Below are positions 46,944 through 59,893 of a stretch of 64,000 nt of DNA, in pieces (position 1 is the stretch's first letter; every line of letters begins with the position of its first letter). A model generated the notes under the pieces. That model was given only the letters and a program-made list of their open reading frames with translations. It was not told the origin of the DNA and searched no databases. A program made the position numbers and the translations under genes. Origin of the DNA: Lepidodermella squamata (lineage: Eukaryota; Animalia; Gastrotricha). The stretch covers positions 1 through 64,000 of the forward strand of contig JBLDXI010000020.1 in assembly GCA_047495785.1 (NCBI GenBank), read 5' to 3'.

Positions 46944-49900
46944 TTGTTGAGCCATTTGTTAAGATTATGCTATATCAACATTAATGGATACTTCGAAAGA
47001 AAGCACGACCTAGTATTAGAGCTCACTGATCGCTGCGACATAGTCGCCATTGCTGAACTCTGGAAAGACAAGCCCTGGACGCCTCCACAAATAATTGGAT
47101 TCTCATGTATCTTTATACCCGGCCAGAAACTCACTCTGAACGGCCGATGCTCTGGCGGTTTTGCCATATACCACCGCGAGAATAGTTTTTTCAAGTTGGA
47201 TCTTCTAGAAGCCGATCAATATGTGGTCATACTCAAGCTACAGGTACCTTGCGAAGAAGCCGTAATACTAACTTTCGCCTACGCTCCACCCACGTCAATC
47301 CATCATGCGAACCCGGAAAGGCTGGAATCAATCTCTCAGGCAATTTCGCGTGCCTGCGACCGTGTCCCAGCAAACGGCGGCACAGTCGTAATGGGCGACC
47401 TTAACTCTAGAATTGGAGCGGAGCCAGACCTACCGGACGATTTAGCCGAGGAACTTGATATCCCACTGAGAAACACTATGGATAACGCCCCATCTGACAG
47501 CGCTGACAGGCTTGTGTACTTTTTAAACTCCAATGACCTGATTTTGATGAACGGTAGATTCAAACCTGATGTCACTGGCGCCTTCACTCATTTCTCCGCA
47601 CTTGGATCCTCCATGATCGACTACGGCGCTGTATCGCCGGCAATAATAAAGCGCGTTGACTCGTTCGAAGTTCGCCCCCGCTCTAACCACTCCGATCACT
47701 GCCCCGTCATAGCTAGTCTAAAATTCAGAAGAACGTCGTATAACTCTACGCGTTTAACTTTAAACAAGCAGCGTTTCGATAATCTAATCAAGCAAAGACT
47801 ACCGTTGCTAGCCCATGAATCGCATGCTGCCGACCCGGACTGGATGGCAAAGGAACTCAACAAGATCGCCGAAGCCAGCGCAAAACCTGCGCGATCAAGG
47901 GCAGCTATGGTGAAGAACATTCGTCGCATCCGATACTACCCTGGCCCACCGGTTGACATGCCTGGAAATTCGCGTCTCACTCTAACAAGAGAGGAAAGGG
48001 AAGTCCTTGAAGCTTTGAAAAGAAATCATAACAATATATGGAAATTGCGCAGGAAAGATCCCGAACCTGAGGACATTCCAGATCTGGCGATCTTCAAGGA
48101 ACACTACGCGAATCTAATGTCCCGCGGGTATACCGCCCCCGATCCGGCTCCCCAGCCACCAAGCAGTGATCCAAAAATCTTCGGCGACGGTTGGCCTGAT
48201 TCATCAGTGAAAGCTCTCCTCCAACAACGGAAACGTGGCTACTCATCTTCACTCGACCCACCTGCAACTCTGGTCCGGCTAACATCTTCGTGGAGCTGGC
48301 ACTGCCAATCTCGCCCGTTGCTTTTCAGCAGTGCGGACGTGACTGATTATGAAAAATGGCGCAAGCTCAGTGATGAACCACCGCTCAAACGGGTCACTGG
48401 CAGAACCCAGCACGATGAACTGCTCAGGCCTATTAGCGTAGAAGAAATCACCGCCTGCATCGCCGACTGTGATCTAACTTCATCGGCCGGACTCGATGGC
48501 ATTACCTACGATGACCTGAGAAGAGAAGAAACCACAATCGCGCCATTCCTAGCTGACATGTTCACAAAAATACTGGAAACAGGGAAGTACCCCAAAGGTT
48601 GGAAATCAGTTGTAATCATTCCTATCTTCAAAAAAGGTGACGCCAAGGATCCGAAAAACTACCGACCCATAGCATTGCAATCCTGTACGGCTAAGTTGTT
48701 CTCGAAGATTCTCGACTCAAGGCTGAGAAAGTGGCTTCAACAACGCAGTCCTCTCCGACGCGAGCAATTCGGTTTCCAACCCGGCACATCTGCCATCGAC
48801 GCAATTGCAGTGTTCCATGCCGCCATCGCTTACTGGACTGAACGCAACCCTGAGCTCCGCCGCAAAGTCATAGCCACGTTTGTCGACTTCAGCTCAGCGT
48901 TTGACACGGTTGACCACAAAATATTGCTGGCAAAACTCACAAAACGAGGTGTTCCAAATGAGTTTATCGGAGTAATCGAAGATATGTACGAAGGCTGCTC
49001 AGCGGTTGTGTCCTCACAAGGTATTCTCTCGGAGCCGTTCCGCACCGACAGGGGAGTCAAGCAGGGCGACCCGCTCTCACCCCTACTATTTTGCGTATAC
49101 ATAGACGAGCTACTCGACATCCTGGATCGCCTAAGTGGAACGCAAGGCCTCCCAGTAGGCTGCCACACGATTCGTGCACTGCTCTACGCCGACGATGTCG
49201 TATTTCTGGCACTATCTACAGCCGATATGAAGCGCTACCTGGCAGAACTCGAGCGGTTTTCTCTTGATAATCGATTGATGTCGACAAGACAAAGTGGATG
49301 TTGTTTTACAAGGGCGATGCCGATCCCTCCTCTAGCGGCATAACATTTCGTCTAAATAACCTCGACATCGAAAGAGTCTCCAGCTTCAAATATCTTGGCG
49401 TATGGCTCGACGAACAGCTGCTCTACAAAAAAGCTATCGCTGAGGCCAACCTGAAATTGCAACGCGCGGCCGGCACCATACCGCAGTTATTTAAGTTCTT
49501 CAACCACCTGCCTCCGTGGGCAGTTCGCGAACTTTACAACAGTTGCGTCCTATCGCAATTTGGATATGGTGCCGAGATCTGGGGCTTATTCTACCCAGCG
49601 TCCTCGCCCCCGACGCATATGCGTTTCGCAAAGAGAGCCCTGGGCTTGCACACGGCTACATCCCACCGTATGCTGCATAAAGAGTTCCCGCTTACACACC
49701 CGGAAGACCACCGAACGGCGGCTGCAATCAAATTTCTCTATCGCATGAAGAACGCCAGTTCTCTCAGTCTGCTACACCAATCGCTCCTCAACTTCGATTG
49801 GATGGGACGGAAAGCTCCTCCTAATCTGGCTGAAAGGGCTGAGAAAGCAGTTACCGATCTGAATTTAGGGAACATTTCCAACTTGCCTCCCGCACAGAGG

Positions 49901-50341
49901 AACGAACTGTTGAAAACATCACTGGAAAAGAAGCGTTTAGACGAAACGCGAGAGGGTCTCGTAACCAAGTACGGTCAACACCCCGTGCTGGCCGACGTCG
50001 ACAATGCAAACTTTGCAGAATTCTATTTTGAGATGCTTCCTCGCGAACTAGCCACCACCTTGTTGAAAATCCGCTGCAATTCCTTGTCGTCACCGCGCCA
50101 ATACTTGGGCAATTGCCATCGCTGCGCTACTACGCCGACTGACGGCAGCAGTTGGAACTACATCCGCCACCTTATCACCGACTGTCCGAACCCATCACCT
50201 GCAATCGCCAGCCTACGCCCTTCGCTCCCACCCATTTACGACGTCTACTTCGGCAACCTATTTAGCTCGAAATCAACCATCGACAGAACTAGTGAACTCA
50301 ACAAATGGCTCAACGTATTTAGGAAAATTGTAAACAAATAG
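46944..50341 (+). CDS. LINE ORF2 APE endonuclease-RT, frameshifted near 49280, C-terminal CCHC
   Basis: NING, IAELW, MGDLN, IDY, SDH; YRPI, QFGF, FVDFSSAFD, GVKQGDPLSPLLF, LLYADD; the second frame carries FKYLG, YGAEIWG and CHRC...HLITDC. Confidence 0.9.
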
Positions 50342-52609
50342 TCATTCTGATATTTTCATCAGCAGCTCGGTGAATCCCGAGTGCTAAGTAAGGTTATTTT
50401 GCTGATTTATAAATGTTGTTCCTTTTTATTTTCTATGTTTGTTAAAAATCAATTATTTCAATGGCGATTCATCAATCAACAATAAACCTGCTACTACTTT
50501 CTTCTTGATCTTTTCTCATCTTCGGCATGTCCATCTCGATAATCGTTGTACGCGTTAGTGCGCTGGAGCAGCGTTGTCGCCTGCCCAGTCCACCCTCGCA
50601 TTTGCAAGCCGTCCAGTGCCGGTATGTTGAAAACATCGTCCGCTTCGTCCTGCCGCTGCGCGAGGACATCAGACAAAAATGCGAACAAAGTGTTCGACTT
50701 TCCCCGTCGCCGCTAGTAAAGTCGCCAGAACCAAGCTTCATTAATTCCATGCGATTCCATTTTTCAACATCATTATTCTATAATCGACTTACTCTCTTGT
50801 CATCTTATTTTATTCGTGCAATGTCCCTAGACGGTAAGTCTAATATTCATCTTCCAGGCGACTTTCTGGAAAGGTTTTGGATAGAGGAAGAAGAGAGAAA
50901 CGGCTCGATTTTACCATGAGAAGTACTATAGGACGCCGCGGTTCGCAGGGAATCAGAAAAATTGTGATTTTTATTGAGGTGCAAAGTCCAACTTGCTGAT
51001 GGTTTGCTCTATAAAAGTGTTAGAAGCTCATTATCTTTTAGAGTTAAATGGTGAGCGCTGCGTAAACCTGAGTGACTGTAGCAGAATTAGGAGAAGCGCA
51101 ACGAGCGCTCAAAATCTGTGCGAGTGTAGCACCACCCGGTGTTATGTAGCAAATCTGAAGTACCGTAGCAAAAATCTGAGTGAACGTAGCAAGTCGATAA
51201 AGTTATAATTAGAGATTGCTTAAAACATTTATTTAAATTATTCAAACAAAATTGAATTGGGCAATTCCATGTCAATTGGACCGACTACCCAACCCATGTT
51301 TCAGATCTTCGTGAAACATTTTTTTCGGATAGAGCTCGAAAAATTAAGGCATTTTTAGTAGGTATTTTTAGGTATTTTTATATACTCTTGCGACTTTTTT
51401 AACACATGATGTTGACACAATTAATGATTATGAATTTCTCGGAAAAAGTGGGATCTTCAACTGAGGGGGTGGGTGATTTCCATCTTTCGCCAGCCTTCGC
51501 CCTCTTCAAAACCGTTTATCGGTATTCGGTCGTTCGTGGACACAAAAAATCGACCGTGGATGCAATTTATTTATTTTTAAAATATTAAAATGTTTAATTT
51601 ATTTTATACATCGGTCAAAAAGAATCATGGGTCCAAAGAAAATCAGATCTACGGGTTACGTAATAGCTACGGTCAAATCGATAGCACCATTCGATAGCGC
51701 TTGTCGACTTTACTCATCGAATATTTAATCCCTAAACCCTATCACAAATCTATATCCATGAAAAACTTAAAAAACACATTTTTCCCATACTAAATTGCGT
51801 AGGTCTGGGCCCAAGAATTTTTTTTCTTGTAAGAAAGGGAGTGGCTGCCCCGGTATTGGTTGTAATGCTTTATACACTCCACTTGATGAGAGGTACATTT
51901 TGACACCAAAATCAACCCGATAGGAGAAAGTAAACAAATTTTTGCCCCATTATAGAACGACCGAATAGACATTGACTAAATGAAAATATTACTATTATTA
52001 TTATTTATGTACTGTTGCGACTTTTCATCCGACGCAGTCGCTCACCTGTAAAATTCAAAACGTTGAATCATCGCCAAGTCATAGCTACCTGCCTAGATAT
52101 CCACTCCTGGCCACGCTTTACCGGTGTGATTTTTATTGTTGTTGGACCTTGATGTTACAAGACCGTAGGACTCTAGTCTTGCAGAGAAAAATCGCTATGA
52201 GGAGATTTTGATACCCTTAACGACGATAAAACGAGGAATTTCGACTATTCTGCCTTAAAAAACTGCCGAACTTGGCAGGAGACAGTAGGCGGCGCAGGCG
52301 GTGGCAGGGCGTTACAGCATATTATAACAGATAAGAGCAGCCTAAATTTTGCTACATAAAACCGCAAAGCACGTTTTTACGTTAAAAACAGAAGCAGCGT
52401 GACGCCCGCCCCCATGCGTAACCATAACTGCGGGCCGCCCACCTCCTCGCAGTGCCAGTCCCGCTCTTCCTCGCTTAAGATCTCCAGATCGCTTGAGTCT
52501 CCAGCGCGCACGTCGCGCACAATCGAATGACTATAACGATGGAAGAATAGTAAAAGTTTCTATTCCTCCATGGTATAGACCATACAATCGACGGATAGAG
52601 ACAATTCTC

Positions 52610-54478
52610 AAAAGGCTGATGATACTGCCAAGGTACGGAAATGCTTCTACGTCTTCAAGCACCTGATTGTTGATGCTGATCGGCTTCTTGTCGGTTGTCG
52701 CGATGCGCATGACCTTAGTCTTAGCGATGTTGATTTCGAGACCGATCGTTGCCGCGACTTTTTGCAGCCTCGTCGTCTCCTCCTGCAGATGTTGGGCGCA
52801 GGTTGGGCGCTGGCTGTTGTATCAACATCGGCCTTGAGCATTTCGGCCGTGATCGCATCGCATCCGGGAGCTTTCCAGTTCTTCATTGCCAGAATAGCCT
52901 CCTTGATCTCGCTGAGAGTTGGTGGTCCAGTCAAGATTTCAAGATCGACTCCTCTGGGCGATGGCTGAGCCTTGATCTCCGGCTCCGGCATGTTGAGCAC
53001 CCCGTTGAAATGCTTGACCCACCTTGCTATCTGCTCCCGCTAGGTTGTCAGCAATTTGCCCTCTTTGTTTTTGATGGGTGCCGAACTTATCGCCTCCAAG
53101 AAGCTTGATGACTTTGTACAGCTTTCTGAGGTCGTTCTTCGCACTTGCTTCTTCCGCTTCTTTCGCTAGCCCGTTCACGAACTCACCTTTGTCGTGCCGA
53201 GCGCTCCTCTTAACCTGACTGCAAACATGTTCGTAAGCGGTCTCAGCTTGCTCACGTATTTGCGGAGTCGAGGTCTTGAGTAGTTCAACTTGCAGACGTG
53301 CCCTATCCTCCATTAGCGCCCATGTTTTATCGGAGATCCAAGGCTTCTTCACTTTCTTCCTCCAGCCCAGGACCGCCTCAGCAGATTTCGTGAAGGCTCC
53401 CTTAACGAGACGCCACTTCTCTTCCACACCTTCGGCCGTGTTGAGCACGCGGGTCGCCAGTCCGTCAGCTAGACTTCGCCAGAAATTTGCCCGTACTCCT
53501 GGATCTTTCAACTTGTCAGCGTCGATTCTCTTGCAGGGTTTACCCTTCGGTGGCGCCAGCTTCAGGCGTACTGAGCCCACTAAACGCATGTGGTCACTGC
53601 CCATGTTGGCCCGACGATGGACTTTGACATCCTGAAGCGCGCTTCTCCAGCGGCGATTGACGCTGATGTGGTCGATCTGGTTCAGCGTCTTCTTGTCGTT
53701 AGACCGCCACGTGAGCTTGTGAATCTCCTTGTGCGGAAACAAGGAGCCACCAATTCGTTGGTTGCACAGAATTCGACGAAGCGCTCACCATTATCGTTTC
53801 GGGTACCCGGCGAATGTCTGCCCATACACGCTTTATAGCTGGAATTGTCTGAGCCGACATTCGCATTTAGGTCCCCCATGACCAGTAGGAGATCATGGAT
53901 AGGCACGAGACTAGTGCGCGCCTGAAGCATGTCGTAGAAGGTGTATTTTTCCTCGTCCGACGCTTCGTTGGTTGGAGCGTAGCACTGGATGATGGTGACT
54001 TTGCAGTGACGCCCCTGGAACCTAGCTACTAACAGCCGGTCGTTGACGGGTTCCCAGTCGAGTAGCGCTTGAGCGGCGACCTTCGGCAGCAGCAGCCCGA
54101 CGCCTCGGTGATGCTGACTTCCCCCAGAATAGAGGAATGCAGAGCCTTTTGCGAAACTCCTCCTCCCCATCCCACTCCATCTAACCTCACATAGCCCAAG
54201 AGCGAAAAGCCTGTAACTTTCCCTCACGTCCTCTGCTTGAGCGAGCCTCGAAGTTTCGAGCAAGGTCCGCACGTTTAGCGTCCCAAACCTCGATACGAAT
54301 TTTGCTTCAGGCAACCCGGTAGTCGTCGCTCGACCGTCCTTTCGGCTTTCGGCCGGACGAGTCAAACTGCGCCCAGAGTTTCTGGCGCCCGGAGTCACCT
54401 TCGGCGGCGAGTTTGTGTTGTTTTTGTTTGAGGTTTCGAAAACGGCAGAGTTTTTCTGCGGCTGCTTGCGGCTGCGCA
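52610..54478 (-). mobile_element. Internally deleted, frameshifted RTE-clade LINE
   Basis: GTLNVRTL, LCEVRW, QCYAPT, GDLNA, NDNGERF, TW.S...NQIDHI, SDH, KAPG.D.I, then a jump to GLEIN..KTK and FPYLGS. Confidence 0.85.
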
Positions 54479-55365
54479 ATCTTGAAAAAGTAAGCACGTT
54501 CAAGTATTTAGGTAGCATTATAACTGATGATGGCAAAATCAGCCAGGAACTTAAAGCACGCATTGCGAAAGCAGGTAGCTGTTTTGGCGCGATAAGTAAA
54601 TTTATGTGCAACCGAAAACATGTCTCTTCGGGCGTAAAATTAAAAATATTAAAATGCGTTATTATTCCAGCAATGATGTATGCCTGCGAGTCATGGAATA
54701 TTACTGAAGACGAAGAAAGCGCGCTTAATACCCAAGAATATAAGTGGCTGCGATGCATTTTAGGAATTACAGTAATGGACTATATTCCCAACATAGACAT
54801 TAGACTATCAATGTGTGGCGGAATAATTGAAGTCGGTAGATTAATTGAAAAACAAGGCCTAAATTACCTAGGGCATATAATAAGGATGGAAACGTATGTC
54901 GATGATAAAGGTGACCCGATACCACCGGGGCCAGTCTACGACCTTTACAGGTGCGTAGCGCCTAAGGAATGGCAGAGACCGGCGGGAAGACCTCGAACTA
55001 GGTGGCTCGATTCGGTAGAAAGAAGTCTAAGAAGAGGGGGTCTTACAACCGAAAATATAATAAGGAAAAAAACTGACGGGTCCCGTGGCAGACCTCGTAA
55101 AGATGGTAGTAATATAACCGAAATTATCGAAATAACTGTTGACTGGACATTGACCGAAACAACTGCACTAGATCGAGACGAATGGCGTAAAATTGTCGAG
55201 ACTTTGGAAGATTTTGAATTTTACAACAAAAGCAAGATACTCTCGGACGTGGGGGCGGTGACTGATTTTTTTGGTTTGCCTTGCCTTCGCTTTCCTCAAA
55301 ACCCGAAAGGGTATAGACGCTCAGTCGCGGGGAAGTGAAACAATAAAATCATTTTCATTTTCATA
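54479..55365 (+). mobile_element. 5'-truncated RTE-like LINE 3' end (different family)
   Basis: FKYLGS, YACESW, YLGHIIRM, GRPRTRW; AATAAA followed by a (CATTTT)n tail. Confidence 0.8.
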
Positions 55366-55394
55366 TTCGGTCAATCATTTGACATTTGAATATG

Positions 55395-55770
55395 CTAATT
55401 AGCAGGCTTATTGATAAATCTCGAGTGACTTGGAGGGGAAGAAGCGGGTGTAAAGAGACCCCATAGTTCGGCACCATGTGTGAATGTCGATAAAATACGT
55501 GTGTTGTAGATTTCTCTAAACGATTCAGGAGGAAGCAGGTCGAAACGGTGGAAGAGACACGGAACGATGGCTAGAGCCCGTTGTATTTTCATAGTAGCAC
55601 GTTTTACAGAACCACTGTAGAGGAGCCGGTCCGAAACGATGATGCCTAGATAACGGAATTCGCGGAAAACCTCAAGTCGCTCACCATTGCAGCCTAGTTT
55701 AGCTTATCGTCGACAAAGTCATCTATGAAAAGGGTAGACAGTAATGGGGACAGAGGGTCGCCTTGCTTGA
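55395..55770 (-). pseudogene. Degraded LINE RT fragment related to the 45791 element
   Basis: KQGDPLSPLL, FRYLG and HGAELWGLFTPASSPP, matching ORF2 49298-50341. Confidence 0.7.
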
Positions 55771-56941
55771 CGAAGAAGGAGTACGTTCAGCTTATTTGAG
55801 CACTGGTCGCACTTATCGTAATTTGAATTTACGTTCAAGGGTCGAACGTACTTTCCAAAAAAAGCTATAAATTGGAAAGTGGTTGTTTTGGCGCGTCGCT
55901 AACGATTTCATCAGCTGATTTTTCCGGAGCGCATTCTAACAGGGTGGGTAATGACTTCTTCAATTTAAGGTGGCTTCAAACTTGATTTCAACGATTTTAG
56001 CAAGTTTTTTACTCTTCTGCTGAAGCAAGTCAATGACCAAACCGTTTTGTGTACAGCAGACCAATGAGTACATTTTCCATCGGTATCGGGAGCAATTCGA
56101 GCACTGAGAATCGCCAAGTTTGAGCAGTTAACAAACGATAAAAAAAGAATAAATGTTGTTAAAGATGTTAGCCGTTTCCATGGAATTACGGATGCTAATG
56201 TACAGCATGGCAAGTTCATTTGGGACTTCTAGCTCCTTGCCGATGCGCTTGTTCATGTCACATGTCACCCATGACCAACAGACGGAATTCAGACTTGTAT
56301 TTACAAGAAATCGACAAAATATCATCAGTAAGTTTATCGAATAGATATAAAGTATGCGTAATATTTTTTTGCATCGCATTTTTCACCTACATGACCATGA
56401 GGAAATTTTAAACGCGGTTTTCACCAGCCGATAGATCTAGTCTGCGGTAAACGTTCCGCAAATGTTTGTTAGAAAGGGGTTCGAGAGAAAAAATTGATGA
56501 CAAAAATGCTGTCCGCGGTTTTCACTAATAATTTTCATTTTTGAAAAAAATGGCATTTTACAAGATTTGAGGTTGGAGGTTGGATGGCATCACCCTGTGA
56601 AAAGGCTTTATGGAAAGGTTGTCTTAGCTGGGATTAAGGCCAGGATTAACGCGCTGTCAACAGGAAAATTCGACCTAGCACCCACAGAGTAGGTCTTATC
56701 CTCCAACCACGATTCGAAATGATTTTGCGGAATTTTTTAGTGATTTGTCCCAACTTTATGATACCTTGAGTTTCGGATAGTCGTGCAATGTATTTTCAGG
56801 AATCGGTGACTTGGATCCATCCCGGACCATCTCTCAAAAAAACTTGAAGCTTCTGGCAAGAGAGAAAATCAACTCGGTCCACATCGGATGCAAAAATAGC
56901 GTTATATTTGTATGATATAGCACGAGTAAAGAGTCTATATC

Positions 56942-57173
56942 TGTAACGATTGGTGTTACGGCGGCATCCCGGTCATGACTAATAAGATGAATAACCATAG
57001 CTGTGATCTAGGACTTGTGATATATGATCATGTGATAACTAATTAGGCTGTGTAGTGCGTTCTATCAAACTAGTATTGTCAGTACTTAAGCTCTCAATTT
57101 GCCAGTGACTGGTGTTCAGTTTATTTTCAATGAATAAATCAAGCATCTCGGGAAACATTGACTCTTTATGACA
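56942..57173 (+). mobile_element. Solo LTR
   Basis: TGT...ACA termini, AATAAA near the 3' end, 5-bp TSD ATATC (56937-56941, 57174-57178). Confidence 0.78.
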
Positions 57174-59893
57174 ATATCTGAACGGAGCCGGCCGAGATTT
57201 ACGAATCGGAACGAGTCGAAGACGAGTGGCGACGAGTAAATCGAGTACGGCGAGTTCAGATATAAACGATTTACGAGTGCTGTTTCAAAAAATATTGCAT
57301 GAGCACATCTACTAACACTATATTTTTGAAACGAATGCTATATTTGTATGATATAACATGAGTAGGAATCTATATTTGAGTGAAGCACGAAATATAGATC
57401 GAGTAAAACGAATGAAACGAGTGAAATCGAGGCGGAACGAGCCGGCAGGCGAGTGGAGACGAGATTTCACGAGGTGAATGAGTTTTACTCGATCTATACG
57501 AGTGCTTCACGAAAATATAGGTTTCTACGAATGTTTTATCGTAAAATATTACACGGTGTCTATATTTTTCGCAACGCAAAATAATAAATAATAAAAAATC
57601 CAACTTAAAATTTCATTGAAAAATGGCTTTCTATTCATTCTCGCTCATTTTTCTCATTCGTTCGAATTTCGTCTCGTTTTGAAAGTCGATTTTATGTCCG
57701 ACCGGAATTCTGCTCGAATTTCACGAACAAATGCTCCCAGAATTCTGCTCCGATTGGCAAAGCTGCCGCAAGCCGCAATTGAAGCCGAATGGTTCGATAA
57801 ACCATCAACCCTGAAACCTGGTTCCTTCGAAATCAACGTTCGCGAAAACCATGTGCCTTTACAATCCGAAGAAACTGGTTCGATTTGAACGACACGTTTG
57901 GTGGCGATGAAAGAAGGTCAAGCAGTCCGTCGGAATTTCATCTCTGGTTGTTGAAAATGGCTCAGTTTGGGATAAGCGCGTCGTAACGGTGTTTGGTACG
58001 TCGATGTTATCAATGTGATCGAATCGGAACTGTCGCTGGCAGAGTGCTCCAAGTTCAATCAAGTTTCAAGGTGGTGATTTCTGCGAATTGGGGTCAAAAT
58101 GCTGTCCGATTTTCTGGATTTTCTGCTCAGTGTTCCCGGCGCGTTCTATCGATCTAAGGAGACGACTTGCTGACCGTACCTGTTCGATGATCTTCTGCGC
58201 GATCCGACCCACGAATCGCTGCGAATTCATGCACAGCGGGGACGAAATGCTGCCCGATTTTCCGGAGTTTTCTGAGAAATTCTGCTTCCTACGGCCAATT
58301 TTTGCAGCCCGCCTGCCAAGCTGTCCGCGTCTAAATTATTCTCAAAATTGAATTTCTCCATTTTCTTTCATAATAAATTGCGTTGCGAAAACTATATCCC
58401 TGTGTTTTTCCGTTAAAATTAGCTGTTTCAAGACCTCGGAAGTATTGGGCTTGGAAATAGGCATCTATATTCAAAATATAGATTTTCCAGGTCAAAAATA
58501 TAGATACACCTGAATCTATATTTCAGATATAGATCAGAAATATAGTTCATATTCAAATCTATATTTGAAGTATGAAAAAATATAGATTTGTGTTTCAAGG
58601 TTAAAAATATAGACACAGTGTTATATTTAAACGCATTGTTATAGTATAGAACAAGGCCGCCTGACAGGCCACTGGTGTCGGAATTGAGTTCAGCAGGGAC
58701 AACAGCATTAGAAAAATTATCTATTGGAATTTTCAAAAATTATCTTGACAGTCTTTATCGGCACATCTATTTCTTTTTGCTCGTCGGTTTTTGAAGCGGC
58801 AGTGAGCGTTTGCGTAGATTTGGATACTCCAGCCATGAGTTTCGTCAGTGTTGATTAACTTGCTGATCAATTTGTCTTTATCTGCAACTTGCGCTTGAAG
58901 CTGGAGACAGTAGTCGATAACTTGCTTCATTCTTTTCCGTCTTCTCCAAAGCCTTCCTGGACATCGGTACCTCGGCCATGGCCGTTCACATTACTTAAAC
59001 AGTTAAGCGTCTCCTATCTTGGAATTCGAAAATCAAATCTCGAATACTGAGGGCTTGCGGTTCTATATTCTAAAAAATGCGAGGTTTGGCTTGGACGTTA
59101 ACCGCTATGCTGGAGGCGCCAGGTGCCAGAACTCCGTAAGAAAAACTTTTCGGGCACCCTTCTAAATTTCATGCGGCAAATCTATATTCTGAATCCTCCA
59201 TAAAATTCACTTTTTAATTCAACCCTGAATGATTATTTAGTTTTTTATTTAAAATATGACTAATTTATTGAAATTATGGTTTTCACAGATTTCCAACTTG
59301 TTGGTGCGGAACTTGTTGGAACGGAGAGCATATTTTGAGTTCGGTTGGGTTTCGGTTGGGGATTGATTCCTCGAGAACTTCAATTCCTACCGGATTTTGC
59401 TACTAGAGTCTGTGACTAGTAGACGTGAATTAGTTCTTCCTTCTTCGTTTCGCAGAATGGTCTACTTCGTCGCATTTTGGCAACAGGGAAACTGAGCGGT
59501 TCGTGGCTCGCGAGGCTTGCTGTTGACTTTCGATTTCCCGAGTTTTCAAGCTGTTGAATTCATAGACTGCTTATTAACGCTCAAGTCCAAGCGGTGTTAA
59601 AGTGACAAATAGTTGTTATTTATGTGGTTTTCGAAGTCTTCATTTTCAGTGGTAGCGAAGTAGATGAAACAAGATCTCTTCCTCTGTGATGAGCGCCTAT
59701 CTTACTCATGTGACATTTTAAGGCCTAAGGGGTTGTTTCTTTATTACTTATGGTCTCATTTCAACTAAATTGATCTTTTTATTGGCGGAAGCTAACGTCT
59801 TAACTCTTTTTACATTAATACGGATTGTAGATTTGTTCAGGACTTGATATTTGGTCACTATTTTATTGTCAAACGCGCTTGAGCCATAATAAC

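Larger units (their letters stand above)
45791..50495 (+). mobile_element. Near-full-length LINE (RTEX-like) flanked by a 135-bp direct repeat
   Basis: ORF1 plus APE-RT ORF2, AATAAA and (CTA)n tail; identical flanks 45656-45790 and 50496-50630. Confidence 0.9.

Noticed and set aside
54479-54758. N-terminus of minus-strand ORF 53682-54758
   Set aside because: It is the antisense of a different RTE fragment; chance read-through across the junction.
57600-59000. Possible gene or transposon remnant
   Set aside because: No recognisable motif in any frame I could read.
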